Shown: positions 8,559 through 17,561 of the stretch, piece after piece | How the letters are laid out: each line of letters starts with the position of its first letter | Position numbering within the stretch: position 1 is the stretch's first letter | DNA from: an uncultured Sphaerobacteraceae bacterium | Lineage (GTDB): Bacteria > Chloroflexota > Chloroflexia > Thermomicrobiales > UBA6265 | Length of the DNA stretch: 64,000 bases | Assembly: GCA_964526965.1 (NCBI GenBank) | Contig: CAZGML010000007.1 | Coordinates: forward strand, 14,658 to 78,657 | Reading direction: 5' to 3' | Translations under genes and position numbers: made by a program | Notes under the pieces: model-generated | What the model was told of the DNA's origin: nothing | Databases searched by the model: none | The model's input: only the letters and a program-made list of their open reading frames with translations

Positions 8559-9518
8559 ATGTGTAGCTGCTGCACACCATCACGAAAATTGCCGGAATCA
8601 TCCCAACAGGATTCCCCTGGTCGTCATCAACCAGATGCATCGCAAACCACCACTCCGCCGGAAACCATGGTGCACATACCGGGCGGCACGTTTCTCATGG
8701 GCAATCCCCGAGGGGATGGCTACGAGGCAGATGGCGAGAGTCCGATCCATGAAGTGTCGCTCGATTCCTTCTGGATGGATGCAACGGCGGTCACCAATGC
8801 CCGGTTCGCGAACTTTACCGCGGCGACTGGTTATGTGACAGATGCCGAACGTTACGGTTGGTCATTTGTGTTCTGGAAGTTCCTGCCCCATGAGTTGCAA
8901 GCTGGTGCGGCACCGCCCGGCGCTCCATGGTGGCGGCAGGTTCAAGGGGCGAGCTGGCGACACCCGGAGGGTCCACAAAGCACCATCGAGCGGCGTATGG
9001 AGTATCCCGTAACGCATATCAGCTGGAACGATGCCCAGGCGTTTTGCACGTGGGCTGGAACGCGCCTGCCAACTGAGACGGAGTGGGAATATGCCGCCCG
9101 CGGCGGGCGAGAGGGCGATCCCTTCCCGTGGGGATCGGAGCTCGAACCGAATGGCGAGCAGCGGATGAACGTCTGGCAGGGATCGTTCTCTGGCCACAAC
9201 TCACAGGCAGACGGTTTCGCCGGCACCGCACCGGTAACCGCCTACCAGCCGAACGCCTACGGGCTCTACAACATGACTGGAAATGTGTGGGAATGGTGCG
9301 CCGATTGGTTCTCTCCGGAAACCTATCAACGGGAACCGGTTACCAATCCGACCGGACCTGGGCGAGGCGAGGCAAAAGTGCTGCGCGGAGGGTCGTATCT
9401 CTGCCACGCCTCGTACTGCAATCGCTACCGCGTTGATTCCCGCTCATCCAATACGCCCGATTCATCAACAGGGAACCTGGGATTCAGATGCGTCTGGGTG
9501 GAGCCGGCAACGGAATAA
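8559..9518 (+). CDS. Formylglycine-generating enzyme (FGE/SUMF1 family)
   Basis: MVHIPGGTFLMGNPRGDGYEADGESPIHEVSLDSFWMDATAVTNARFANFTAATGYVTDAERYGW...RGGSYLCHASYCNRYRVDSRSSNTPDSSTGNLGFRCV. RBS GGAAGAGG precedes the ATG at 8559, so the N-terminal MCSCCTPSRK is probably translated. Confidence 0.9.
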   Translation: MCSCCTPSRKLPESSQQDSPGRHQPDASQTTTPPETMVHIPGGTFLMGNPRGDGYEADGESPIHEVSLDSFWMDATAVTNARFANFTAATGYVTDAERYGWSFVFWKFLPHELQAGAAPPGAPWWRQVQGASWRHPEGPQSTIERRMEYPVTHISWNDAQAFCTWAGTRLPTETEWEYAARGGREGDPFPWGSELEPNGEQRMNVWQGSFSGHNSQADGFAGTAPVTAYQPNAYGLYNMTGNVWEWCADWFSPETYQREPVTNPTGPGRGEAKVLRGGSYLCHASYCNRYRVDSRSSNTPDSSTGNLGFRCVWVEPATE

Positions 9519-9641
9519 CCAGTCACGGTTTTAAGAGCAAGTAAAAGTGGCTCGCATGGCATGAGTTATGCACGTGCCTTGCCGGGCCACATAATCGGCT
9601 TTGGCACACTCCGGTGGGCTACGTGCTTGAAGGAATCGTGA

Positions 9642-10055
9642 ATGTATAAATTTCTCCAGGACATCACGAGCCACACGTTACCCGTTTCCGCCATCCCGTC
9701 TACGCTCGACGTCGGCCTCACCCGGAATCCGACGGCGATCCGAAAAAACATCCCCGACTGGCATTTCCTCGTTCGCGTACTTTTGGCGATCTTCACTATT
9801 GTGGCGTCGCTCATGGTCACGCTAGTCAATCTCGTCGGCAATTTCACACCAACCCACGCAGCCGGGCTGATGATTATGAGCGTCTGCGCGGACGCGTCCT
9901 TCCTGATTATCCTGACCCAAACCTCCGAAAACGATATGGCACGGGGTGATAACCGCCTCTTTGTTGATCCCCGATACATGCGGGCGTATCGCCCAACTGT
10001 CCCGGCTAGAAGAAAGGGAGAACATACCGGTACATCTCCTGCAGTTGATTCGTAA
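9642..10055 (+). CDS. Hypothetical small membrane protein (two predicted TM segments)
   Basis: AAGGA lies 8 nt before the ATG. GC3 bias holds over the first ~100 codons. Hydrophobic stretches FLVRVLLAIFTIVASLMVTLVNLV and AAGLMIMSVCADASFLIIL. Same strand as the flanking FGE and sulfatase genes. No family recognised. Confidence 0.4.
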   Translation: MYKFLQDITSHTLPVSAIPSTLDVGLTRNPTAIRKNIPDWHFLVRVLLAIFTIVASLMVTLVNLVGNFTPTHAAGLMIMSVCADASFLIILTQTSENDMARGDNRLFVDPRYMRAYRPTVPARRKGEHTGTSPAVDS

Positions 10056-10089
10056 ATCTGTACGCCAGTAAAAGAAAGGACAATCTTCA

Positions 10090-11751
10090 ATGGCTTCCAG
10101 CGATACCACCAAAAACCAGCAGCGTCCAAATATCCTCGTTCTTTGTATCGACCAGTGGGATACGCATATGAAACTGCCCGAAGGCGTGGAACTGCCGGCT
10201 CTTGAGCGGCTCCAGCAGCGAGGAGTTACTTTCGACAGGCAGTACTGCACCATTCCAATCTGCACACCTTCCCGTGCAACGATGTGGACCGGCCAGCACG
10301 CCAAGAAGATCGACATGTGGGATAACACCAACTTCGCCTGGCTGGTTGATGGCGGCCTCTCGCCCGACGTTCCAACACTGGGCACAATGCTGCGCGAACA
10401 GGGATATTACACGAGCTTTAAAGGCAAATGGCACCTGAGCCCCAACGAGGGCGGCGAAGACATGCTCGAGAAATACGGATTCTCTGACTACCAGCAGTGG
10501 GGCGATATGTTTGGCGAACCGCTGGAAGGTGAGAAGCTGGATGGTACCGTTGCCATGCATACGGTCGACTGGCTGGAGAACAAGGCACCGGATCTCAAGC
10601 AGCCATGGCTCCATGTAAGCAGCATGGTTAATCCGCACGACATCATGTACTTCTACTCAGATGCCGAGGCGGAGTGGGAGCGATTCTCCCCGAGCATGCA
10701 GGCAAAACTCACTACCGCGCAGGATCTTGGGTTCTTCAAGGATTGGGATCCAGACCTGCCGGAGAACTTCTACGATGACCTCTCCCAGCAGCCGTTGGGT
10801 GTGCACTCTTACAAGGAGAACATCAACCGGGTATACGGTGCGCCGCCAGATGACCGCGAAGACCTCTGGAAGGCCCGCCGGAACTATCTGATTAACTGCA
10901 TGCGCCTCGTTGATATGGAATTCCAAAAGATCCTGGATGCCCTGGACCGCCAGAACCTCTGGGAGAACACAATCGTCATCTACACCAGCGATCACGGCGA
11001 GATGAACGGCGCCCACCGCATGCACCAAAAGGGTGCCATTCACTACGACGAAGCAGCGGTGGTGAACTTCACGGCTGTGGTGCCTGGTGGTCCGCAGGGC
11101 GCACACACGAGCTCCATTGGTTCGCACCTCGACCTCGTGCCGACGTTGCTCGATTTTGCCGGTGTGGATGAAAATGAGATGCGAGAGCGCTATCCGCAAC
11201 TCCCCGGTCGATCGATGCGGGGTTCCATCATGAATCCATCCCAGCCAGGGCCACGCGGCTCGGTTGAGCAACCCGCCGATGGCGCACTCATATGTTGGGA
11301 TGGCCTCAATATGCTCGATCCGGAGTGGAACTCTTCCGGCGCCTTGGGCGGATTGATGGATCTGGGCCTTGATGCCGATGGAAACAGAAAAGCGCTGCAG
11401 GAGGCCGGCAAGGACTATGGTGCACCAGACTTCGGGCGCCGCACCTTCTACCGCGCCGTGGTCGATGGACATTACAAGTTGGTTCGCTGGTTCTCCCCAC
11501 GCGAGTATGACCTTCCCAAATCGCTGGATGAGCTCTATGCCCAAAGCGATGTTACGCTGCACGACCTCGTGAATGACCCGGGCGAAATGGAAAATCTCGG
11601 TAACAGGAACCACCCACAGCACAATCCGGAAATCGTGGAGCGCATGCTCACCAAGCTGAACGCACTCATCGAGCAGGAACTCGGCGACGACCAGTGCCCG
11701 TTCGATCTCAACATGTTCGGGACACAGGATGTTACGTACCAGACCGCGTAA
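10090..11751 (+). CDS. Sulfatase (type I, Cys-type, formylglycine-dependent)
   Basis: NILVLCIDQWD metal-binding start. Active-site motif C-T-P-S-R in IPICTPSRATMWTGQH (nt 10261-10275). ...IVIYTSDHGEMNGAHRMHQKG. No signal peptide seen. Confidence 0.92.
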   Translation: MASSDTTKNQQRPNILVLCIDQWDTHMKLPEGVELPALERLQQRGVTFDRQYCTIPICTPSRATMWTGQHAKKIDMWDNTNFAWLVDGGLSPDVPTLGTMLREQGYYTSFKGKWHLSPNEGGEDMLEKYGFSDYQQWGDMFGEPLEGEKLDGTVAMHTVDWLENKAPDLKQPWLHVSSMVNPHDIMYFYSDAEAEWERFSPSMQAKLTTAQDLGFFKDWDPDLPENFYDDLSQQPLGVHSYKENINRVYGAPPDDREDLWKARRNYLINCMRLVDMEFQKILDALDRQNLWENTIVIYTSDHGEMNGAHRMHQKGAIHYDEAAVVNFTAVVPGGPQGAHTSSIGSHLDLVPTLLDFAGVDENEMRERYPQLPGRSMRGSIMNPSQPGPRGSVEQPADGALICWDGLNMLDPEWNSSGALGGLMDLGLDADGNRKALQEAGKDYGAPDFGRRTFYRAVVDGHYKLVRWFSPREYDLPKSLDELYAQSDVTLHDLVNDPGEMENLGNRNHPQHNPEIVERMLTKLNALIEQELGDDQCPFDLNMFGTQDVTYQTA

Positions 11752-11945
11752 TGCTACACGCCTGGCGTAGTGGCCAGCCTGGTTTCCAGCCCCCATCGGG
11801 GGATCGGTGAGCCAAACCGCACTGAACGTGAGCGTTGGTGCCGGGTTTGGTGAGTATGGTTCCAATGTCTGTGCTGGCTACTGTGATGATCGTGGCCGGT
11901 TTGAGTGCAACAGCGATGAATAACCCAGTGATGAGGACGGCAGAC

Positions 11946-12518
11946 ATGTGGAATGAGCTAAACGAAGCGCTTGCGGCGGTATTCGGCGAAAACAACCTGA
12001 ACGCCCTCCAGACGGCACTGCGAGCGGTGATCACGTTCATCATCACTGTGGCTGCGATCCGCCTCGGCAACAAGCGACTCTTCGGGAAGGGCACCGCGTT
12101 CGACACCGTCGTCGCGATCATGATCGGTTCAGTTATGAGCCGGGCGATCACCGGATCGGGTTCCGGAACGATGCTGGCGGTCTGGGGAGCCGGCCTCACG
12201 CTTATTGGCATGCATTGGCTGGTATCGACGCTCTCGTTCCACAACTCCTGGTTCGGACCATTGGTTAAAGGCCATGAAGTGGAGTTGGTTCGGGATGGCC
12301 ATATCCTCGACGACAAGATGCAGAGAACGGGCACATCCCGGCGCGACCTGAAGCGGGCCATGCGCTCAAATGGGCATTATCCGGATTTTGAAACAATCCA
12401 AATGGCCCATATGGAGCGAGATGGCTCCATCAGTATCGTGACGAAATCCTCCGAACCGAGGATCGTCGATATCGACGTGAAAGATGGCGTCCAGACCGTG
12501 CGAATCGCGCTGGATTAG
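11946..12518 (+). CDS. DUF421 (YetF-like) membrane protein
   Basis: Start set at the ATG at 11946 (GAGGA 8 nt upstream). RAVITFIITVAAIRLGNKRLFGKGTAFDTVVAIMIGSVMSRAI followed by a soluble C-terminal domain is typical of DUF421. The start is uncertain (track ORF begins at 11835). Confidence 0.75.
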   Translation: MWNELNEALAAVFGENNLNALQTALRAVITFIITVAAIRLGNKRLFGKGTAFDTVVAIMIGSVMSRAITGSGSGTMLAVWGAGLTLIGMHWLVSTLSFHNSWFGPLVKGHEVELVRDGHILDDKMQRTGTSRRDLKRAMRSNGHYPDFETIQMAHMERDGSISIVTKSSEPRIVDIDVKDGVQTVRIALD

Positions 12519-12579
12519 CCTGACTGCGTTTGCCGCCAGTTCCCGGATATAGTTTCGAGTTGATGGCCGTCCCAAACAC

Positions 12580-13038
12580 TCAGTTCACGGTTTTCACCAT
12601 CAACAGGCATGGATTCGATATACCCCATAAATCGGGAAACGCCATCTGCTCCTCAAAACCAACTGCCCGGTAGAACGCGCGGGTAGCAGCGTACTCCGGC
12701 GAAGGGTGCGAGGCATCCAATGTCTTCACGCTCAGAAGGCTGTTGCCTGGTAAATGTTTTTCCAGTGCAGCAACCAGCGCGCGGCCGATGCCCTTGCGAT
12801 GTTGCGATTTTGCGACCGCCATCCAGCTTATTTCCGAACTCCCAGGAAATAGCCGTTGCCAGGTGAGGTAGCCAACAACAGCACCATTCTCCACCGCAAC
12901 GAGACCTGTGTGTTCGTGCAAATACCCTTCCGCTTCGGCGAGACCGTCTTCCTGACCGAACCATTTGGGTAAGGAACGATTAATAGCAATACAACCTGGG
13001 ATGTCCTCAAAAGAGAGGGGGCAAATAGTTACGTGCAT
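12580..13038 (-). CDS. GNAT family N-acetyltransferase
   Basis: Trimmed to MHVTICPLSFEDI. Acetyl-CoA motif A is present: MAVAKSQHRKGIGRALVAALEKHL, then ATRAFYRAVGFE. Confidence 0.85.
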   Translation of the reverse strand: MHVTICPLSFEDIPGCIAINRSLPKWFGQEDGLAEAEGYLHEHTGLVAVENGAVVGYLTWQRLFPGSSEISWMAVAKSQHRKGIGRALVAALEKHLPGNSLLSVKTLDASHPSPEYAATRAFYRAVGFEEQMAFPDLWGISNPCLLMVKTVN

Positions 13039-13146
13039 GACAAAACTCCGGATCGTTTTCCGCTTTGGACATGTGGGTTTAATATTTTTGTCATGCAATC
13101 ATGACCGGAGTATATCAGGTCATAAAAATCTCTGGAGATATCGCTC

Positions 13147-14226
13147 CTACAACGACTTTCCGGCTTCAGCCTGCTCTCGCTCCTCGTGCGATTTTTCCTC
13201 TTCCACAGAGAGTGCAAGGCGCAGCACACCGAGGATGATGAGGTTCAACACCAGCCCAATCATGGCGAGGAACTGCTGGGTGGCAAACGCGAAGAACTGA
13301 CCGAACAACAACGCCACAACTGTGGATGCAGCGAATGCCTGGAGTGCCCGCACTCGTTGTCGACGCAGGAGCATCACCAACCCGTATACGGCCAGGAATC
13401 CGGTGATAGCTCCGGCGGCAAATGAGAGGATCTCGCCAATAGAGAGACCGTCACTCAGGTCGTACTCTTCCGTCACGAAGAGTCCCATAAGAAGTGTGAT
13501 AATGATCTCCAGGGCGCGAATGATGAAAAGCCCGATCACCACTGGTTGCAGCCACTGCTGCCGAACGATTCGCTTGTACAGGTCTGCCGCCTTGTCACGC
13601 GTTGCCAGGATGCGCGACTTCTCCGCTTCTTCCTCTAACTCCGCGTTCTCCAGTAATTCACGCAGTCGGGTTGCCACCTCAGAGGTATTGCCGCTGGCGT
13701 CGAGATTTGCCAGTGCCTCTGCCTGCCGGCGCCGATCCAGCTTCCCGATTGCCTGCCAGGCGACTCCCTGCGCGGCGAGGTAGAGGTGATCCGCCTCGGT
13801 TGGTTCGCGTTTCCGATCGAAATAGCGGGCTGCGAAATAGAGGACGATAAAGACCGCGTACATGATCGCTGCCGTTGGCTGATAGAAGTAGTCGTTGTCC
13901 TGGGTGATGAACTTGCCAAGTTCATCAATAAACGTACCGAACCCGATGCCACCGAGCAGCGCCGCAATGGGCTTCCAGACCGGGCTGGCGAAGAGAAGCA
14001 GGACGCCAAACGCGATCACCATACCGAGTCCGCCCCACAACATGTGGGCGATATGCAGCTCACCGCCGCCGACCTGCGGATACCCGGTCAGGTAGAGGTA
14101 CAGCCGAATAATCAGAACGGTGGCTACGGCAGAGACCAGCCATATCTCCAGAAGGGCGGCGCTGCGCGGGTCTCGAATTCGATAAGGATTGCCATAGACA
14201 TCGTTATTCGTAAGCTTTTTGGACAT
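13147..14226 (-). CDS. Hypothetical polytopic membrane protein with a central coiled-coil
   Basis: Trimmed to MSKKLTNNDVYGNPY. There are about 4 N-terminal TM segments (HIAHMLWGGLGMVIAFGVLLLF, GIGFGTFIDELGKF), a charged helical middle and about 4 C-terminal TM segments. No family recognised. Confidence 0.75.
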   Translation of the reverse strand: MSKKLTNNDVYGNPYRIRDPRSAALLEIWLVSAVATVLIIRLYLYLTGYPQVGGGELHIAHMLWGGLGMVIAFGVLLLFASPVWKPIAALLGGIGFGTFIDELGKFITQDNDYFYQPTAAIMYAVFIVLYFAARYFDRKREPTEADHLYLAAQGVAWQAIGKLDRRRQAEALANLDASGNTSEVATRLRELLENAELEEEAEKSRILATRDKAADLYKRIVRQQWLQPVVIGLFIIRALEIIITLLMGLFVTEEYDLSDGLSIGEILSFAAGAITGFLAVYGLVMLLRRQRVRALQAFAASTVVALLFGQFFAFATQQFLAMIGLVLNLIILGVLRLALSVEEEKSHEEREQAEAGKSL

Positions 14227-14348
14227 CGGCGTTCTCCGAATCGTGCTGCGGGCGGTTCTTCGATGATCGTACTCGCTAACCGTGCTACCGGGCATATAGG
14301 AGTACAATTCAGCCCATCGCTGTTTGCGCCCATATGGAGGGGGTTACC

Positions 14349-15695
14349 ATGCTCAGATTCGTTTCAGTCGTTCTCCTCGCAGTCGCCTTGCTTATTCCTT
14401 CGAGCACCTACGCCCAAAGCGGCGATGCCACCTGGCTCAACAACATGGAGGGCCTGGAAACGGGCATTGGCAGGTCATGGGCCGCGCCTTTCACTGTTAG
14501 CGAATCATCCACCATAGCCGAGGTGAATGCAGAAGGCACAGTCACCGCCGAGCACACCACCTGGTCGACTCCTGAGGCATCGCCGGAGATCTCGGATGAG
14601 ATGCAGACCAGCATGCTAAGTGCGCTCATCTATCACTATGATTCCACGCAGAATGCCGCGCAGGGAATCGAACTCTTCCACGAAGCACAGCTCGATCAAA
14701 TCTCCCGCGATCCACGCAATCCGGCGACGAACGAGTTCGAGCCGGAAATCAAGGCAGATGTCGCCTTTGGCAACGAAGGCTCCTATGAAGTCCCGGATCT
14801 CCAGGGTAGAACCAGTGAGATGGCGGTGGTCTACATCCTCGCGCAGGATGGCGAGCTGATCTATCAGGTGTTCGGCGTTTTCCTGCCGGGCCAACACATT
14901 GAGATTGCGACCGGCGTTGCCGAGCAGATGATTGCGGCAGATATTGGCGACGCTGAGCCCATGCACGACATGAATGGCGACTCGACTGGCGGACTCTGGG
15001 AAAAGCTGAACGCCATCGATATCGCGATGCCGGAGGATTCGACGATCGCCGACCTGCAGGTGTATCCACCTGCAGACGATGCCGTAATGGGCGACTCGGT
15101 TGTTGTGCCGCAAATCGATCTTCATCAGCTGGGGACCGTTCCCGGTATGCAGGGAAGCTGGCACATTACCTACGCGCCCGCCGAAACTGGCGTGATGATG
15201 GCGACACCAGATGTGGTTCCGGAGGGCGTTTTCAATATCGAACTCTGGGTGTTGAATTTCGACGACGCTACGTACGCTACAGCGGCGGCAGTAGCGATGA
15301 GCAACGCGCTTATCGAACCGCTCGGTGTTACCGGCAATGAAAGCGGGAACCTCGGCAGTGGCGGCATTACGCTCGTGAACAGCGGCTTCGTGCGAGACCG
15401 ATCCATACCAGAAGGCGACGCAGCTACCGTAGTTGTTGCCGATGGAACGACTCTGTATGCGGCCCGTGTGTACTCAAACGGACCGGCGCCAACGCCACTC
15501 GCCCAGGATCTGATCGACGGCATGGTCGCCGCAGAAACCGGGGATGCAGCCGAATCGGTAGCCGGCAACGACGCCAGCGGCGGCATGTGGGATATCTTCC
15601 CCCAGCCTGGCGATGACCTGCTCTACGGCCTTGAGCCGGCGAATGTTCGATACGCAGAGCCGAGTGCCGAGCCGGATTCAACGCCGGTTGGATAA
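14349..15695 (+). CDS. Secreted acidic protein, two copies of the GG-[WF] domain (array member 1)
   Basis: Start at the ATG at 14349 (GGAGG 8 nt upstream). Signal peptide MLRFVSVVLLAVALLIPSSTYAQ. Domain ends are NGDSTGGLWEKL (nt 14976-15002) and NDASGGMWDIFPQPGDDLLYGLEP (nt 15570-15593). Confidence 0.8.
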   Translation: MLRFVSVVLLAVALLIPSSTYAQSGDATWLNNMEGLETGIGRSWAAPFTVSESSTIAEVNAEGTVTAEHTTWSTPEASPEISDEMQTSMLSALIYHYDSTQNAAQGIELFHEAQLDQISRDPRNPATNEFEPEIKADVAFGNEGSYEVPDLQGRTSEMAVVYILAQDGELIYQVFGVFLPGQHIEIATGVAEQMIAADIGDAEPMHDMNGDSTGGLWEKLNAIDIAMPEDSTIADLQVYPPADDAVMGDSVVVPQIDLHQLGTVPGMQGSWHITYAPAETGVMMATPDVVPEGVFNIELWVLNFDDATYATAAAVAMSNALIEPLGVTGNESGNLGSGGITLVNSGFVRDRSIPEGDAATVVVADGTTLYAARVYSNGPAPTPLAQDLIDGMVAAETGDAAESVAGNDASGGMWDIFPQPGDDLLYGLEPANVRYAEPSAEPDSTPVG

Positions 15696-15886
15696 GCCCG
15701 ACAGCTACTTGCAGACGTTACCTAACCCTCTGGCCTGGGGTGTGCGAGTTTCGGATTTGGAAAGCGCGGGAACCAAATGCGAACCTGTGACGTCAGAGGC
15801 AATGTAGGATATGGCACACAACGTGCGTATCCACATTGCGTACGAAAGGGTGTCGATCGATACTCTGCTACCCAAGGAGATGGAAC

Positions 15887-16633
15887 ATGGTGCGGAAATT
15901 TGCAGCGCTGTTTGCGCTGATTCTTACCTTCGGCCTGGCTGCTGTGCCAGTAGCCGCGCAGGACGTGGATCCGGGCGATCTTGATGCAGTTGGCATGGAA
16001 AGCGGATACCTCCGCATGTACCTGGCCGATCCGTCGGATCCGGCTAATACCGACCTGCTCGGTGTGATGGTCGTCGGTATCGAATTCCAGGATGCCGAAA
16101 GCCTTGACGAAGGCTTCGAAGACTTCACTTGTGGCTTTGCTGGCGGATTCCTCGGTACAGTGGATGCCGTTGATTGCGACGGCCTGGTTGATGCAGGGTT
16201 CGACGTTGCTGATGTCACCGGTATCGGCGATAAGGCAATCGAGGTTTCGGGCGAAGCCGATGTTAGTGGCCCAACCCCAACGACCATGCTTGCCCTGCAG
16301 TCTGAAAACCAGCTGTTTATCGTGATCTACCTCGGTGAGGCCAACCCGGGTGTTGCCGATGACTTCGGCACATACCTCGCAGATGCCGAGCCAGTAGACA
16401 CTGAGGTTCAGTTCAGTGAGGACGGCACCTCCACCGGCGGCTTCTTCGACATGCTGCCGCAGGAAGGCGATCCGCTGCTCGATGGCCTGATGCCGATGAT
16501 GGATGATGACCTGGTTGGCTCGGTAACCGGAACCCCGGAAACCGACATGGACAGCGATCTCGGCGACGATATGGATAGTGATCTCGGCGATGACATGGAC
16601 GATCTCGACGAAGAGAGCACTCCAGCCGCCTAG
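15887..16633 (+). CDS. Secreted acidic protein, one GG-[WF] domain plus poly-acidic tail (array member 2)
   Basis: AAGGAG RBS. Signal peptide MVRKFAALFALILTFGLAAVPVAAQ. Domain end is SEDGTSTGGFFDMLPQEGDPLLDGLMP (nt 16421-16450). Tail is DMDSDLGDDMDSDLGDDMDDLDEE. Confidence 0.8.
   Translation: MVRKFAALFALILTFGLAAVPVAAQDVDPGDLDAVGMESGYLRMYLADPSDPANTDLLGVMVVGIEFQDAESLDEGFEDFTCGFAGGFLGTVDAVDCDGLVDAGFDVADVTGIGDKAIEVSGEADVSGPTPTTMLALQSENQLFIVIYLGEANPGVADDFGTYLADAEPVDTEVQFSEDGTSTGGFFDMLPQEGDPLLDGLMPMMDDDLVGSVTGTPETDMDSDLGDDMDSDLGDDMDDLDEESTPAA
16544..16615 (+). repeat. Coding tandem repeat, 3 x 24 nt (DMDSDLGD, DMDSDLGD, DMDDLDEE)
   Basis: Read directly. Units are 16544-16567, 16568-16591 and 16592-16615 (the third is degenerate). 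Confidence 0.8.
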
Positions 16634-16709
16634 GCTCACAATTCAAACGCTCAGCAAGAGTCCGTCTGAAAGTTCAGACGGGCTCTTCTTTCAAATTCAG
16701 GGGATATAC

Positions 16710-17417
16710 ATGAAACGATTCTTTGTCACACTCTCCTTGCTCCTCTCCCTTGGCCTTACCACCGTGAGTGTTGCAGCGCAGACGGACCCAGGCGGTACAC
16801 CGGACCCGATGGCCGGCGTTGAAGACGCCTATCGCTCGATAGAAGGCGTGGAGTCGGCTTACGACCGCACTTTCTCCATCGACCCCATGGCGTTGACAAG
16901 CACACCAGAAGACGGTGACGCTGGCCAAATCGATATGTCCGCCATGATGTACGTTATCAGCATCCAGGGCATCACGTTTGATAGCGAAGAGAACGCCACT
17001 GCATATATTGATGACATGACGTCTGCCCTTGAGGAGGCCCAGGGAGATGCCGACGCCGGGTCGATGCTGGAGGATGTTGAGATTTCGAATCTTGATGACC
17101 TCGATGTCGATGGAACTCGCATCGAGACCACCGTGCCAGATGTCGACCTCGCCGCTTCCCAGATCGTATTTAGCGATGACAAGTACGTATTCCAAATCGT
17201 GGTTATTCAGCCAGATATGGAAACTGCAGGGTCCATCACCGATGACATTGCCAACTTCATGATCGATGCAGACACCGAAGCCGACGAAGTGACCTTCAGC
17301 GACGACGGCACATCCACTGGTGGCGTGTTTGACCGCATGCCCACTGGCGACGATGACGTGGTGGGTGAACTCACGTTCGTGACGGATACGGAAATCTTTA
17401 CCAACGAGGAAGACTAA
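16710..17417 (+). CDS. Secreted acidic protein, one GG-[WF] domain (array member 3)
   Basis: ATG at 16710. Signal peptide MKRFFVTLSLLLSLGLTTVSVAAQ. Domain end is SDDGTSTGGVFDRMPTGDDDVVGELTF (nt 17304-17333). Confidence 0.8.
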   Translation: MKRFFVTLSLLLSLGLTTVSVAAQTDPGGTPDPMAGVEDAYRSIEGVESAYDRTFSIDPMALTSTPEDGDAGQIDMSAMMYVISIQGITFDSEENATAYIDDMTSALEEAQGDADAGSMLEDVEISNLDDLDVDGTRIETTVPDVDLAASQIVFSDDKYVFQIVVIQPDMETAGSITDDIANFMIDADTEADEVTFSDDGTSTGGVFDRMPTGDDDVVGELTFVTDTEIFTNEED

Positions 17418-17561
17418 CCGCTTCCTGAATCGAGAGATTGAGTTACGAGGGAACTTGCCTGGTTTGAGGCAGGTTCCCGCTTTTTCACCGTAGGTGGCAC
17501 AGTGCAGTGCGTATACTTTCGGAAGTGCGATTCTGCACCCGTGTTCCAGAAAGGCACCACG

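Noticed and set aside
9566-10129. 187-aa minus-strand ORF spanning the FGE-sulfatase spacer
   Set aside because: It would overlap the sulfatase start. The product is not protein-like and there is no RBS. The plus-strand ORF 9642-10055 fits codon bias and operon direction better, though it is itself only a weak call.
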